64,000 nucleotides of DNA from a virus: positions 32,001 through 96,000 of IMG/VR virus record IMGVR_UViG_3300027708_000022; one strand, given 5' to 3'. Under the pieces are notes generated by a model. It did no database searches. It had not been told where the DNA came from and saw nothing but the letters and a program-made list of their open reading frames with translations. Numbering within the stretch: position 1 is the stretch's first letter; every line of letters starts with the position of its first letter. The position numbers and the translations under genes are program-made. Of the stretch, positions 1 to 12,000 are shown piece by piece.

Positions 1-377
1 CCACCAGCAGCGCCACCTGCGCCACCTGCGCCAACAGTAATTGCAAATGAAGCACCAGAATATAGCGTAGTAGTGCCGGTTAATAATCCGCCAGCACCGC
101 CGCCGCCGCCGTAACGAGCGCCACCGCCACCACCGCCAGCTACAACCAAATAAGTACTTGTATAAGCATTGATCGCACCCCATGCACCTGCCGCATATAC
201 TTCAATCACATTATTTGCTGTATTGAATCTAATAGCCCCGTTTGCTCCCGATGGCCTCTGTGCTGTATTGCCAGATGGGAGTGTGAATGCTCCAGTTAGT
301 GTTATGTTACCACCGGTGTTGGCTGTTGAACCATCTGGATATGTTATACCACCTGAGCCACTAATTGAAATTGCCAT
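1..377 (-). CDS. Gly-rich tail-fibre-like protein, 5' part (runs off the window)
   Basis: ATG at 377; MAISISGSGGITYPDGSTANT...SGNTAQRP...IRFNT...YLVVAGGGGG, same architecture as the next three genes; not in ORF track. Confidence 0.75.
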   Translation of the reverse strand, partial: MAISISGSGGITYPDGSTANTGGNITLTGAFTLPSGNTAQRPSGANGAIRFNTANNVIEVYAAGAWGAINAYTSTYLVVAGGGGGGARYGGGGGAGGLLTGTTTLYSGASFAITVGAGGAGGAAG

Positions 378-394
378 TTGTTATTCCTAAATCT

Positions 395-1417
395 TTAAGC
401 TGTGTATGTACCTGATGAGGTAAACTTCAATATTGTATTCGCACCACTAACTGTTACATTAGGTGATCCTGTGTAATTGTTGGAACAGATTGCTGTTGGG
501 ATGGATAGAATGATTACACCAGAGCCACCTGCGGCTCCAGCTGCAGGAGAACCTCCACCGCCGCCGCCACCGCCGCCTCCAGTATTCACGGTTGCAGCAG
601 ATCCATTTCCGTTACCACCTCCTGCACCGCCGCCACCGGATCCGCCGGCTCCACCAGAAGGACCTGAATATCCTCCGCCACCACCGCCGGCGTAAGTAAC
701 AGCAGAACCTGTAATAGAACTATTAGCACCAGCACCACCAGCACCACTTGAAGATGTACCGCCTGCGCCACCAACGGATCCTGCACCTCCGCCGCCACCT
801 GTGCCATAAGCCGATGTTGCACCATTAACTCCGCCATTATTACCTTGTCCTGGAGTTCCAAGACCAGCTGGTTGATTTCCTGCAAATCCACCAGATGCAC
901 CACCACCAGAACCTCCTGATTGCCCAGATGTGATGTTATTTAATCCGCCAGTTTGAGTACCTCCACCACCGCCACCAATAGAAGTTACGGAACCAAATAC
1001 TGAATTTGTACCATTTGCGCCGTTTAAAGCCGCACCACCGCCAGCACCACCTGAACCAACAGTAATTGTGTATGCTGTTCCAACGGTTATCGTAGTGGAG
1101 TTTGCTAATAAACCGCCAGCGCCACCACCACCGCCATAATTGTTACCACCACCGCCACCACCTGCAACCACCAAGTAGCTGATATTAATTGTTGGGTTAT
1201 TCCCTACAGCAAACCAATTGTCAACAGCAGGAACATAATACTCTGCATAACCAAGAGTTGTATTGTACCGAATAGCAGGTGATGCTAACCCTGTTGGCCT
1301 CTGTGCAGTCGTTCCTGCCGGTAACTGAAATGCACCAGTCGGAGTCGCACTGCCAGTTGCAGCTGAACTGTTATCTGGAAATGTAATACCTGCGGTTGGA
1401 TCTAAAACTATTGGCAT
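395..1417 (-). CDS. Gly-rich tail-fibre/virion accessory protein
   Basis: GTTAQRP..IRYNT module, YLVVAGGGGG, Gly-rich body, C-terminal FTSSGTYTA. Confidence 0.75.
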   Translation of the reverse strand: MPIVLDPTAGITFPDNSSAATGSATPTGAFQLPAGTTAQRPTGLASPAIRYNTTLGYAEYYVPAVDNWFAVGNNPTINISYLVVAGGGGGGNNYGGGGGAGGLLANSTTITVGTAYTITVGSGGAGGGAALNGANGTNSVFGSVTSIGGGGGGTQTGGLNNITSGQSGGSGGGASGGFAGNQPAGLGTPGQGNNGGVNGATSAYGTGGGGGAGSVGGAGGTSSSGAGGAGANSSITGSAVTYAGGGGGGYSGPSGGAGGSGGGGAGGGNGNGSAATVNTGGGGGGGGGGSPAAGAAGGSGVIILSIPTAICSNNYTGSPNVTVSGANTILKFTSSGTYTA

Positions 1418-2463
1418 TATGCTGTGTATGTACCAGAAGAAGTAAATTTCAGAATTGTATTTGCACCACTCACCGTTACAGTAGGTGATCCTGTGTATGT
1501 ATTAGAGCATTGGGATGTTGGTATGGATAGAATGATTACACCTGCACCACCAGCGCCACCACCACCGCCACCACCGCCGCCTCCGCCACCCAAGTTTGCA
1601 GTTCCTGTAGTACCTGTACCACCGGTAGATCCTGCGCCACCACCGCCTGAACCAGCAGTTCCTCCAGTATTTCCATCACCACTATTTCCACTACCGCCAC
1701 CGCCGCCAGCATAAAGTATAGATGACCCTGTTATAGAATTTGATAATCCAGGACCACCAGCACCAGAAACCGTTGAACTAGGTGGATTTGATCCAGCGCC
1801 ACCGGCGCCACCACCACCGCCTGATGGGTAAGCTGCTGTTGATATTCCATTACTACCGCCGTTGCTACCTTGGCCACTAGTGCCTGAACCTCCTGGATAT
1901 ACACCAGTACTAGCTCTACCAGCACCACCACCTGATCCGCCGGCACCAGCATTATTGGTATTAATATCACCGCCTCGACCGCCACCAATTGTTGTTGTAA
2001 AAGAACCAAATACTGAATTTGAACCGGATGTTGATGCTGAACCTCCTGCACCAACAGTTATAACATATGTTGTGCTAGCAGTTAATGTCGTAGAGTTTGC
2101 TAATAAACCACCAGCACCACCTCCACCACCATTATTTACTCCACCGCCACCACCTGCAACCACCAAGTAACTAATATTTACAGTTGGACTATTTCCAACA
2201 TTGAACCATCCTGCATATACTGAACTGTAATATTCCATCACACCTAAGTCAGTATTGAATCTGATAGCCTCAGTTGTTAATCCTGTCGGTCTCTGTGCAG
2301 TATTACCAGATGCAATTAGAGTCTGGCCATTAGCACTATCAGATATTGTTATCTCACTAGTGACTGCTGGTAGTGTGAATGTGATTGTGCTGACTGCATC
2401 ATTAGCAGTTATAACAGAATATCCACGAGCAGAAGGGTTGCGAAATCTGAAACTGTTTGCCAT
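1417..2463 (-). CDS. Gly-rich tail-fibre/virion accessory protein (paralogue)
   Basis: Same modules; stop/start overlap with neighbour. Confidence 0.75.
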   Translation of the reverse strand: MANSFRFRNPSARGYSVITANDAVSTITFTLPAVTSEITISDSANGQTLIASGNTAQRPTGLTTEAIRFNTDLGVMEYYSSVYAGWFNVGNSPTVNISYLVVAGGGGGVNNGGGGGAGGLLANSTTLTASTTYVITVGAGGSASTSGSNSVFGSFTTTIGGGRGGDINTNNAGAGGSGGGAGRASTGVYPGGSGTSGQGSNGGSNGISTAAYPSGGGGGAGGAGSNPPSSTVSGAGGPGLSNSITGSSILYAGGGGGSGNSGDGNTGGTAGSGGGGAGSTGGTGTTGTANLGGGGGGGGGGGGAGGAGVIILSIPTSQCSNTYTGSPTVTVSGANTILKFTSSGTYTA

Positions 2464-2466
2464 AAT

Positions 2467-3534
2467 TTATGCTGTGTATGTACCGGATGAGGTGAATGTA
2501 TGTATAGTATTTCCGGCCGATGTGGTGACATTACCACCTGTACCCCGCTGTGATCCTGCGTAAGAGATAATTACAATCCCTGAACCGCCTGTACCTGTAC
2601 CAGAATTCTGCCAACTTGGATTATTAAAACCTCCACCACCGCCGCCACCGCCTGTATTAACAGTACCAGCAATTGGACCAGAAGCATATGCACCTGCTCC
2701 ACCGCCACCTGTTCCGCCGGAACCATTAGTCACACCTCGATTATCACCACCACCACCGCCACCACCTGCGTAAGTTACAGCAGTACCAGAAATTGAACTG
2801 TTTGCACCAGGTCCTCCATTACCAGCAGCAGGTGTCGTTGCAGCAACACCAACACCTCCAGCACCGCCTCCACCGCCAGCACTTGTGGCTGTTCCAACAC
2901 CAATTGTACCAGCTCCTCCAGCAAAACCTTGTCCTGATGTGCCTGAACCACCTGCCGAACCTGGACTTGGAGTATAACCACCACCACCACCAGAACCACC
3001 ATTAGAACCAACACCGGTGGCGTTACCGCCACCACCACCACCAATAGCAGTAACGCTACTAATTACTGAGTTTGCACCAGAAGTTCCGTTAGTTGTTGTA
3101 ACAGCTGTACTTCCAGCACCTCCAGCTCCAACGGTAACAGTATAAGGTACTCCAACATATAAAGATGTTGTAGAAGAAAGTAAACCTCCAGCACCGCCAC
3201 CAGCTTGACCACCACCACCGCCGCCGGCTACAACAAGATAGTTAACTGTGTAAGAATTGATTGCACTCCATGCCGTTCCATTATAAGATTCAACTACATT
3301 TGTTGTCGTGTTGAATCTAATAGAACCATTTGCTGCTGATGATGGTCTCTGTGCTGTATTACCAGATGCGATGATTGTTGCACCTGTGTTAGCTGCATAC
3401 CCTGTGTTTGCTACTGAGTATGTTGCAACACCATTTGCAGCAGGGATTGTTAGATAGGTTGTATTTGCACTATCGACAGCAGTAATAACAACTGTGCCGC
3501 CTAATGTAGAGTTTAAACTTATTGAACCAGCCAT
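2467..3534 (-). CDS. Gly-rich tail-fibre/virion accessory protein (paralogue)
   Basis: Same modules. Confidence 0.75.
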   Translation of the reverse strand: MAGSISLNSTLGGTVVITAVDSANTTYLTIPAANGVATYSVANTGYAANTGATIIASGNTAQRPSSAANGSIRFNTTTNVVESYNGTAWSAINSYTVNYLVVAGGGGGGQAGGGAGGLLSSTTSLYVGVPYTVTVGAGGAGSTAVTTTNGTSGANSVISSVTAIGGGGGGNATGVGSNGGSGGGGGYTPSPGSAGGSGTSGQGFAGGAGTIGVGTATSAGGGGGAGGVGVAATTPAAGNGGPGANSSISGTAVTYAGGGGGGGDNRGVTNGSGGTGGGGAGAYASGPIAGTVNTGGGGGGGGFNNPSWQNSGTGTGGSGIVIISYAGSQRGTGGNVTTSAGNTIHTFTSSGTYTA

Positions 3535-3549
3535 GTTATACCTTTTCCA

Positions 3550-4491
3550 TTAAACCACAATCCAATTGGCACCATTGCTTATATTGACTGTTATGCCACT
3601 ATTGATGGTAATTGGTCCAGCCGATAATGCGTTATATCCAGTTGAGATTGTGTAGTTTGCAGTAACAGTATTAGCATTCAAAAAGAATACTGTGTCATTA
3701 CCACCACCAGTTGCACCACCACCAATTGAACCCCATGCGGATGTTGTGTATCCTTCAAACTGTCCAGTTGTTGAGTTATAGCGAATTGAACCAGATGTAC
3801 CTGATGGTCTCTGTGCTGTTGTGCCTGCTGGTAAAACAACCGCACCAACACCGTTTGCACTCTTAAAGTCTAGTTGTGCAGCAGTGATACTTCCGTTTGC
3901 AATCGTGGCACTAGCAGTTCCTACAGCAGTCACACGACCGTTTGCGGCCAATGTAAGTGTTGGGTATACTGTTGCGTTACCGTATACACCAGCACTAATC
4001 GTAATACCAGTAACATCTGTATTAGCAACAGCAAATGCAGAATTGGCATATGATGCTGCTGAGTTTGATGTAGCACTTGATGTGTTAGCTGTGGTAAATG
4101 CTGCATTTGCTTGAAAAAAGGATGCATTAGCAGTATTCCATGCAGTTGCATTATTGTTAGCTAAACCTCCTGATAATTTTGACGGAGTTACTTGACCATC
4201 ACCAATCTGTGCCGTTGTAATATTTGTGTATGAAATTGTTGCTGTTGAACGGTAAATAACAACAATATTATTAGAACCAGACGATGGTGCTTCTGTGAAT
4301 GTTAGTAAACCAGCTGCAACAGAATAGGAATTAATCGGATCTTGTTGAATACTATTAACAAGAACTTCTAATGTGTTTGCATCGTCAGTTGTTCTTGTTA
4401 ATGTAAATTGTGTGCAAGCACCAGTACCATTGAAACGGTCAAGGCCAAACACATAATTAGTTAAACCTGGTTGATTGCCCAAATATGACAC
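3550..4491 (-). CDS. Tail-fibre-associated structural protein
   Basis: MSYLGNQP start, Ala/Asn coiled segment, GTTAQRP..IRYNS module. Confidence 0.6.
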   Translation of the reverse strand: MSYLGNQPGLTNYVFGLDRFNGTGACTQFTLTRTTDDANTLEVLVNSIQQDPINSYSVAAGLLTFTEAPSSGSNNIVVIYRSTATISYTNITTAQIGDGQVTPSKLSGGLANNNATAWNTANASFFQANAAFTTANTSSATSNSAASYANSAFAVANTDVTGITISAGVYGNATVYPTLTLAANGRVTAVGTASATIANGSITAAQLDFKSANGVGAVVLPAGTTAQRPSGTSGSIRYNSTTGQFEGYTTSAWGSIGGGATGGGNDTVFFLNANTVTANYTISTGYNALSAGPITINSGITVNISNGANWIVV

Positions 4492-4494
4492 GAT

Positions 4495-5085
4495 TTATAC
4501 CTTTTTTAATTTACTAAGATGGCCAGTTTCTTTTACTTTATGCCATTGATTAGTGGTTTTCATTTTTATTTTTTCTCTATACTCATCATTTATATAATTT
4601 TTTAATCTTCCAAAAACATAACCATTATCCAAATACATTTGGAAATTTTCTGGTTTAATCCTACAACCAATTTCACCATTATTCATCCATTTCATACCAG
4701 TAATAATTTTGGATATTTTTTCGTACATACCGGCCGGCATAACTTGTTTTGATCTGGCTATTCTTAACTTCTCTCTAGATTCTTTTGTATGATACCCAAC
4801 ACCTTCACCACCAATAGTTAAATTTAAACATTTAATATCATTTTCAACTAAATCAACTGTTACATATTTTCTTTCTAATTCAAAAATATACTCTGTTGTG
4901 CCATAACATAATATTTCATATTTGAAATTTTCTTTACCGTATTTCTTATATGTATTATTAAGTTTTATTCCGGAACCCCAATAAAAACCATTCTTATAAC
5001 CTCTTTGTGTCCAACCGTTATGTTTGCCAATATAGTATTCACCAGTTATATTGTTGGTTATCTTATATAGGTGGCATACGGACAT
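4495..5085 (-). mobile_element. Free-standing GIY-YIG (Seg-like) homing endonuclease gene
   Basis: HLYKITN..YYIGKH, YWGSG, conserved E and N, NUMOD-like HTKESREK and KWMNNG motifs; more AT-rich than flanks. Confidence 0.85.
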
Positions 5086-5095
5086 TATTTTATCC

Positions 5096-5422
5096 CTATG
5101 CGATTTCTAGTACTGATACGATTACATCAGCTGAGTTCGCAACAGATGTTTGTACTTGCATATAGTCACCTGCTTCCATAACTAATTTTTGGTCTCCACC
5201 AACAGGTACTAATGCACCACCATTTGAAATTACAGCACCCTGTAGCATGAAATATGTTGTTCCGCCAGATACAATGGTCACATTAGCACTAATTGGAGAC
5301 AATGAAGTATTACCAATCGTCATACCGATGATTGTTGCTTGGGTTGCTGCTGGTGTAACATATGCATTTGCAGCTGTAGTCGATGCATTTTTCAAAAAAT
5401 AATTCTTGAAGGAATTTGCCAT
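5096..5422 (-). CDS. Small virion structural protein
   Basis: Beta-rich, ends SVLEIA; late promoter upstream. Confidence 0.6.
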   Translation of the reverse strand: MANSFKNYFLKNASTTAANAYVTPAATQATIIGMTIGNTSLSPISANVTIVSGGTTYFMLQGAVISNGGALVPVGGDQKLVMEAGDYMQVQTSVANSADVIVSVLEIA

Positions 5423-5446
5423 CTTTTTAGTCCTTTATTATATCTT

Positions 5447-5454
5447 TATTTATA
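5447..5454 (-). promoter_or_regulatory. T4-type late promoter TATAAATA
   Basis: Exact gp55 consensus in intergenic gap. Confidence 0.75.
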
Positions 5455-5458
5455 CTGA

Positions 5459-5833
5459 TTAACCTAAGGCAATTGAAAAAGCAACAGCCTGGTCTATAAT
5501 TTGTTGAGCACCACCGCCTGTGATTACTCCAATATTTGCTGCATTTGTTACATTAGCATTAAACACCGTAATAGTATTTCCTGATGCTGTTGAAAAAGAT
5601 AATGTAACAACATTACCTGTTGTGATATTTGCTGTATTTGCATACAGAGTATTGATAGAAGCTGATGTTCTTACATTTAAACTCGAACCTGTTCCTGCGA
5701 CTTCAAGAATAGTGTTCGCAGTAAATGTTGCACCGTTACCATTCGTCAAAGTGTTTGCGGTTGCAATTAAATCTTGCGTAGCAATCAACCATTGTTGAAA
5801 GGTATTAGAGGTCGTTAGTTGGGTAATCGCCAT
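5459..5833 (-). CDS. Putative structural protein
   Basis: In late operon; NTFQQW N-terminus typical of fibre-anchoring modules. Confidence 0.55.
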   Translation of the reverse strand: MAITQLTTSNTFQQWLIATQDLIATANTLTNGNGATFTANTILEVAGTGSSLNVRTSASINTLYANTANITTGNVVTLSFSTASGNTITVFNANVTNAANIGVITGGGAQQIIDQAVAFSIALG

Positions 5834-6063
5834 TATTTGATGCCTCTGATTTGAGCAATTTCACGCAACAGGTCTTTGATTTCAGACATTTCTTCTTCTA
5901 TCTTGGCTAATCGTTGTTTGGTTTCAATCTTTTCAGACTGTTCTTTTTTTGCAATATCTCGCTTCTGATAGTACTCTTGAAGCCCATTCATATCTGTATT
6001 TAGAACCGCTTTGGAAGTCATATCACGGATCAAATTATCATGGTCGGTTACTTTTGCGTACAT
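5833..6063 (-). CDS. Small coiled-coil protein
   Basis: Coupled ORF following the DUF4815 gene. Confidence 0.6.
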   Translation of the reverse strand: MYAKVTDHDNLIRDMTSKAVLNTDMNGLQEYYQKRDIAKKEQSEKIETKQRLAKIEEEMSEIKDLLREIAQIRGIK

Positions 6064-6065
6064 AG

Positions 6066-9000
6066 TTAATTACCTGCTGGAAGAGCGATTGCACGGAAGT
6101 CACGAACCTTAGGTACATCAGTTGTTGATGTGCCGGTCATAACAATTTTAATGGCAAATGTTCTAAATGAGTTAAATGTCGTTGTACCAGAAACATAATT
6201 TACGGAATTGTTTGCAGTAGTATTGTAACCTGGAGCATATGCAATTTCACGATAATCATTATAATTAGTTGACACAAAATTAGAATTAGATAATTGTGCC
6301 ATCAATTGATATCCTTTATTATCAAAATCATCAGTATCAGATGTTGATAATAATTTATAATAAACAAGAATATTTGATCCAGATGGTTTATATGCTGTCA
6401 AGTAAATACGAAGATCGCCAGAATCAAAACCATCAGCTAATGTTACTTTGCGAGTAATATAACGAACACTTCCGTTACCGCCAGATTTCTTATCTTCACC
6501 ATTATATGTTACTGTTACACCAGTACCTGGAGTGGTGTTTGCATCAACAACAGTGATTGTTGGTGATGTTGTGTAACCAGAACCATTACTTGTCAAATAA
6601 ATTGAGGTGATAACATTACTTGAAACAACCGCAGCTGCGGTTGCACCAGAACCACCGCCACCGGTGATTGTGACAACAGCATTTGCATTTGTTGAGTATG
6701 CAGTACCACCACTTGATAATACAATATCAGAATTACTTAATGGCAAATTGTTAATAATGTTTTCAACAGCAATAACACCATAACGAGATGAATCAAGAAA
6801 TGGTGAAATAACAGAACTGTTAGTATACATTGTAGCTGTAACAGTTAGTGTAGAATTGCCTGTTGTAGGATTTAGCACCCTACGATCTGAAATATCATTC
6901 ATTGGATAATCAGTAAATGGAGTAATTGAATATTCTCCGGCCATACCGCCAGTTGCTTTCTCAGAATTGAATGTGTATCTAACGCTAGTGTTGCCAAGAA
7001 CAACTTCTGAGGACATTAAATGCAACAAGTCATATGGGGTATTTGCACTTGGAGTTGCAACTTTAAATTTGGCAGATACAACACCAGTATTGAATGAATG
7101 GCGGTACATTCTAAACATCATATCAGTATTTTGTTCTGCGACCCATGTAGATCCATTTTGTGATAAGAAGAATGATCCACCATAAGGTTGTGCTGAAATT
7201 TGTCGTTTACTTACAGTGTCGAATGCACCAACCTCAGCTGCATATGTTTCATATCCATTTGAGTTAGTCATCAAAACAAATGCATATTCACCTGGTTGAA
7301 CATAGATTGGCGCATCAAACACGAATTCTGTGTATGTGTCTGCATTATCCAAATCAGGTGAACTGGATGTTTTAATTTGATCCGGTGTTAATGTCACAGT
7401 TGAAAATGGGAAAACAACGGATGATGATGGATATCCGTTTACCGTAGAACGTAGTTGCAATGTAATTGGTTGTGAAGCATCTTTTGATTTGAAACAGAAA
7501 CGAGCCTTGCTTAAAAACAATCCATCTGGATAATCATTTTGTGATACCAAGAATGTCTGTGCAAGTGGGTCATAATAACCAACAACAACGGATCTTGATG
7601 TAGTTGATGTTACAACACGATTATCATTTACTGCAACACGTTGAATTGTTGGAACAGTAGTTGATATAATAGTATTTTCTGTTCTTTCTAATAGACCTTG
7701 TGCAAAAAATGTAGCATCACCATTAGTTGATGATGAAGCTACATCTCCACTTGGAGTATCAATTAATCTAAAGTGTTTTTCACCAACTCTGAATTGGCCA
7801 GTTGGAATATAAAACAGTCCAGCCACATCACCAGATAAAGATGTAGTTAAGTTACCAATAGAATATATTGAAGTTGAATCTGGAACAGTTGTCCAGTTTG
7901 TATTAACAGTTGCAACTCTTGTTGTTGAATTATATGCAGATATTGTTCTCTTTTGGTTTGAACCTGTACCTGAAACGATATAGATTGGAGAACCAACATA
8001 TGTTGTAATATTATTTGCACCAGTTGCATCAACTCTCAAGGTAATTGTATTTGCTGCGGCCGATGCTGCATTACCATTATAATGGTCATAACCATTAATA
8101 CGAATACTTGAACCTGATACCGTACCAACTAAGTTTGCGCTGGCAATATTAAATGCTGTGTATGGGTTAACACTTACGATGAAAGCTTCTGTATTAGAAG
8201 TCAATGCAATAAGTGCTGTACCGTTTGATGTACTTGTTGTATTATTGTAAACAGTAACAGATTCCAAATTACCAACTTGTGTTTGGTATTGTAGATTGTT
8301 AGCGTTTAAAGTAAACTTATTGAGTCTGACGATGTTGTTATTAACATCAACATTATCAAAGAATCCGTATAATGTTGATGTTGGTTTGAAACTTGAACCA
8401 GTAAACAACACGTTACGATTTCTCATGTAAGGAATAATAGAAACATCCAAAACACGGTCGCCAAGTGACTGAGTAATTGTTGAAGCTACAACCGTTGTTT
8501 TTGTGCCGGAACGAGTTTGTGCAGATGTTGTGGTAGTGGTTTGTGTACCATATACAGCAATACCGGCGCCACCACCAACTTGGCCTCGACCCACCCACTC
8601 ACCACCAGAAACACTTTGACCGGTCCAATATGTTGACCAATCACCCCATTCATAATTGTATGTTGATGCTAAAATTAGATTCCACGCATCTTTGTCACCT
8701 TGTAGGTTAACAAGAACATCTGGGCGTTTAGAAGTATCAACCCAAATGTCTGAAGGTGGATCTAAATTAATTTTACCCAAGTAATTGATAACATTAAATG
8801 GGTTAATGTTAAATGATCTTGATGCTTTATTTTGGTCAACAAATACAACTTGTGATGAATTAGCAGTAATGATTGGACCAGTTTGCAAATAATTTGTAGA
8901 ATTTGCAGCATCAAACGTCAACAATGATGAAGAAATATTGAACGATGGGCGTAATTCTTTTATGTTTGGATCAATTGAAGCTTTATAATCTCTATTAGAA

Positions 9001-12000
9001 ACATCAGCAACAGAATGGCCGTTAAATGAGTCGACCAAAATACCATTCTTGAATCTAGGTAAATTTGTTGAATCTAATATTGTTAAGTCTTGTTTGTTGA
9101 CAGCAGATTGTTCAAGCAATGATAGTGAAGTGTAATACTCCAAGTTATCAACACGCTTAGAAATTGTGCCAATATCTTTCATTGTGAAACGGCGGTTGTC
9201 AATATATTGTACTGAAATATTAGAAGTATTGGCAACATATGCTGGCTCATGTAGAATATACATGGTCATTGAACCGTCTTTGTCTTTTGGTTCAACTGGT
9301 GTCAGGGAAGGAACACCTTGGATTACCTCAAAGGTACGATTCTTGTTTAAGGCAACTTTGTCGATTCTTGGTAAGTAGTATTGATAGTCCAGAAGTATAT
9401 CAGAACCGTTCTCTGGAATCTTTGGACCAGTCGTGGTTGAGTCAACATCGTATGTGACTGTGTTTGCTGTCGCTGTGCTCGTTGGTGTCGCACGGACAGG
9501 CCTGAAGTCTAGGCAATCACGCAGGTTGTATAGTTGCCCAGTTGCCTTGGCAGTGTATTGAGGTATAGAACCGTAATCGTACCCGTTGTATGAATCAACA
9601 TCAAAATAACCAGCACCAGACGATGAGAAACGATTATACAGAACAGCTAACGGTCCTGTAGGTGGTGTATTTCCTGGAATTAATTTGATTGCAGCATGGC
9701 CATAGTATGAATCTCTTTGGCCATTGTCTAATGCATATTTTGTTTTGATTTCTGTTGCATATGCAGTATTAGCTGTAGTAATTGAGTAACCATTAAAATC
9801 TAAAACAGAAACAATACCAATAACATCAGAAACGAACAATGATTGTGGTGTATCTACTGTCTTAATTAATGTGTTGGCCATGATGTGAGTCTGGCCTTGT
9901 GATGCATAAAGAATCACACCGTTGTTTGCAAAAATACTTGTGCCGCTTGATGACTGAATTGTTGTATTTGCAGCAACATAAGTTTTACTTTTTGCACTTG
10001 GATTTGAAGTATCAATAGTTCCTGTAATGTTAGCAACCATATTGTTTGCATTTGTAACTGTAATTTTACGAGTACCAGTATCAACAGTAAACAAATCAGC
10101 AGAAATTAATTGACCAACTTTATATGGTGATGTACCAGCAGAAGTTACAGCAATTTGATATTTTTCATTTCTTGATGAAGTACTTGATGCTGCTGAAACT
10201 GATTCTCCTGTACCAACAGAAAGTGTTGGTGAAACTGATGATGAGAATGACTGTGATTCATACAACCTTCTGTATGAGAATGACAAATCACCAATTGTAT
10301 TGTTGGCAATGAAATCTTCACCAAGTGGGAAAATCAATGGCTCTAAAGTTGTATCTGAAATAATCGAGTCAAGATAAGTTGTAGCTTGATCTTTAGAAGA
10401 AATATCAATATCAGCAGCTGCAAGACGAGTTGTGCTACTTGTAATTGCTAACGATTGTACTTGTGGGAATCCAAAGTCAATTGCCCATGTTGATGCACTA
10501 TTGACATTAGCAATAAATGGTTGTGAAATTTGAATGGTCTGAGTTGAACCCTTGTAGTTCGTAATAGTCTTTGGTGTTTCACCAACACCAGGACCAGCTG
10601 TAATTCTAAGTTTAGCACCAGTATAGGCATTATCTACTGTTGAGTACAATAATGAACCAGATAGTGTGTTTGCTAATTGTAGGTAAGTTGTGTTTGTTGA
10701 AGCAATACCGTTATTACAGTTACCGCCGTTGATTGTACCTACAGAAACATCAAACAGATATGTACGGTAAATATAAGTTGCTGAGTTTGATGTGTTTGCA
10801 GCTGTTTCAAATTCAATAGTCTTAACTCTCGCTGTACCAATCTTTGTATTACTAATTGCGCCTGTTGTTGTTACATTAATGTTTGCATTAGCAACGCAAT
10901 GTAAATCTATAGTCTGTAAACTGTTGATTGGAAATGATCCATATTGTGTATTTGAATACACATAGTAACCATAATCAGCAGACAATCTTTTATTATTTAC
11001 TGAAGAAGTTGTTCTTGGTTTGTCAACAGTAATAGTTGTAGGTGCAATTGTTTCAAACTCATAGCCATAAACATAAGCCTTACCTGGAGATAATGTGACA
11101 TTGGCTTTAGCGGTGTTTGCTGCACTTGTTTCTAATGATAGCTTGAATGGACGAACGGTATAATTACCAGATTCATCGTATGTTCTACGAGCAAGAGTAT
11201 CTTCTAAAATAGCATATAATGGATATTTGTTTGCATAAACTAATATACCACTTTCTACACGAGCCAATTCAATAAATTGTGTATCATCTACTGAAGTTAA
11301 ACTTCTTGACGCTAGAACCAAATTAATTTTATAACGATCAGAACCTGGTGCTTGAAAATTCGAAGCATCTTGAGCAGGATCTAACAATGATGTGTCTTGT
11401 GTATAAACAACAGTCGATTCTTGAATTTCAAAACCAATTCTTACATTAGCTGATGTGTTGTCATACTTTGATAATGCAATTGTTTGTGCATCGTTTTTAA
11501 TGAAAAAACCATCGTAATAGAATACACCTTCATTAACTGAGAAAACTTGTCCTGTACCTACACCTGATGTTGCGATATTGGCATATACTGGTGCAGCTTC
11601 ATCTGTTCTAATTGTTTCCAATGCTGTAAATGTATTGCCGTAGACCTGTTTCACCATAAGTGTTTTTGGGTCACCTGTGCCGGCATCAGCATCATATACT
11701 ACAACAACTTCACCACGCTTTGTACCTGTTGAATCTAATATAGACATACCCGTGAAATTATTAGCAACAACAGCTGAACCAGCATAGTCTGTGGATAATT
11801 TAAGATATGTAGCGTCTTGAATGAATGTTTGACCACCGGTTACTAAAGAACCGTTTTTGAAAATATTGTTACCAAATCTTTTGACTTGATTTTGTAGAAT
11901 TGTTTGGAGTTGTGTTAACTCACGAGCTTGAACAGCATAGCCAGGCTTAAACAACATACGAAGAAATTTCTTATCTTCATCGAAATCGTCATAGTATGGG

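Noticed and set aside
395-3534. Diversity-generating retroelement in the fibre paralogues
   Set aside because: Differences are not adenine-specific, and no reverse transcriptase or non-coding template is present in the window
169-4151. Pro-rich plus-strand and Val-rich alternative-frame ORFs
   Set aside because: Shadows of the GGN-rich fibre genes
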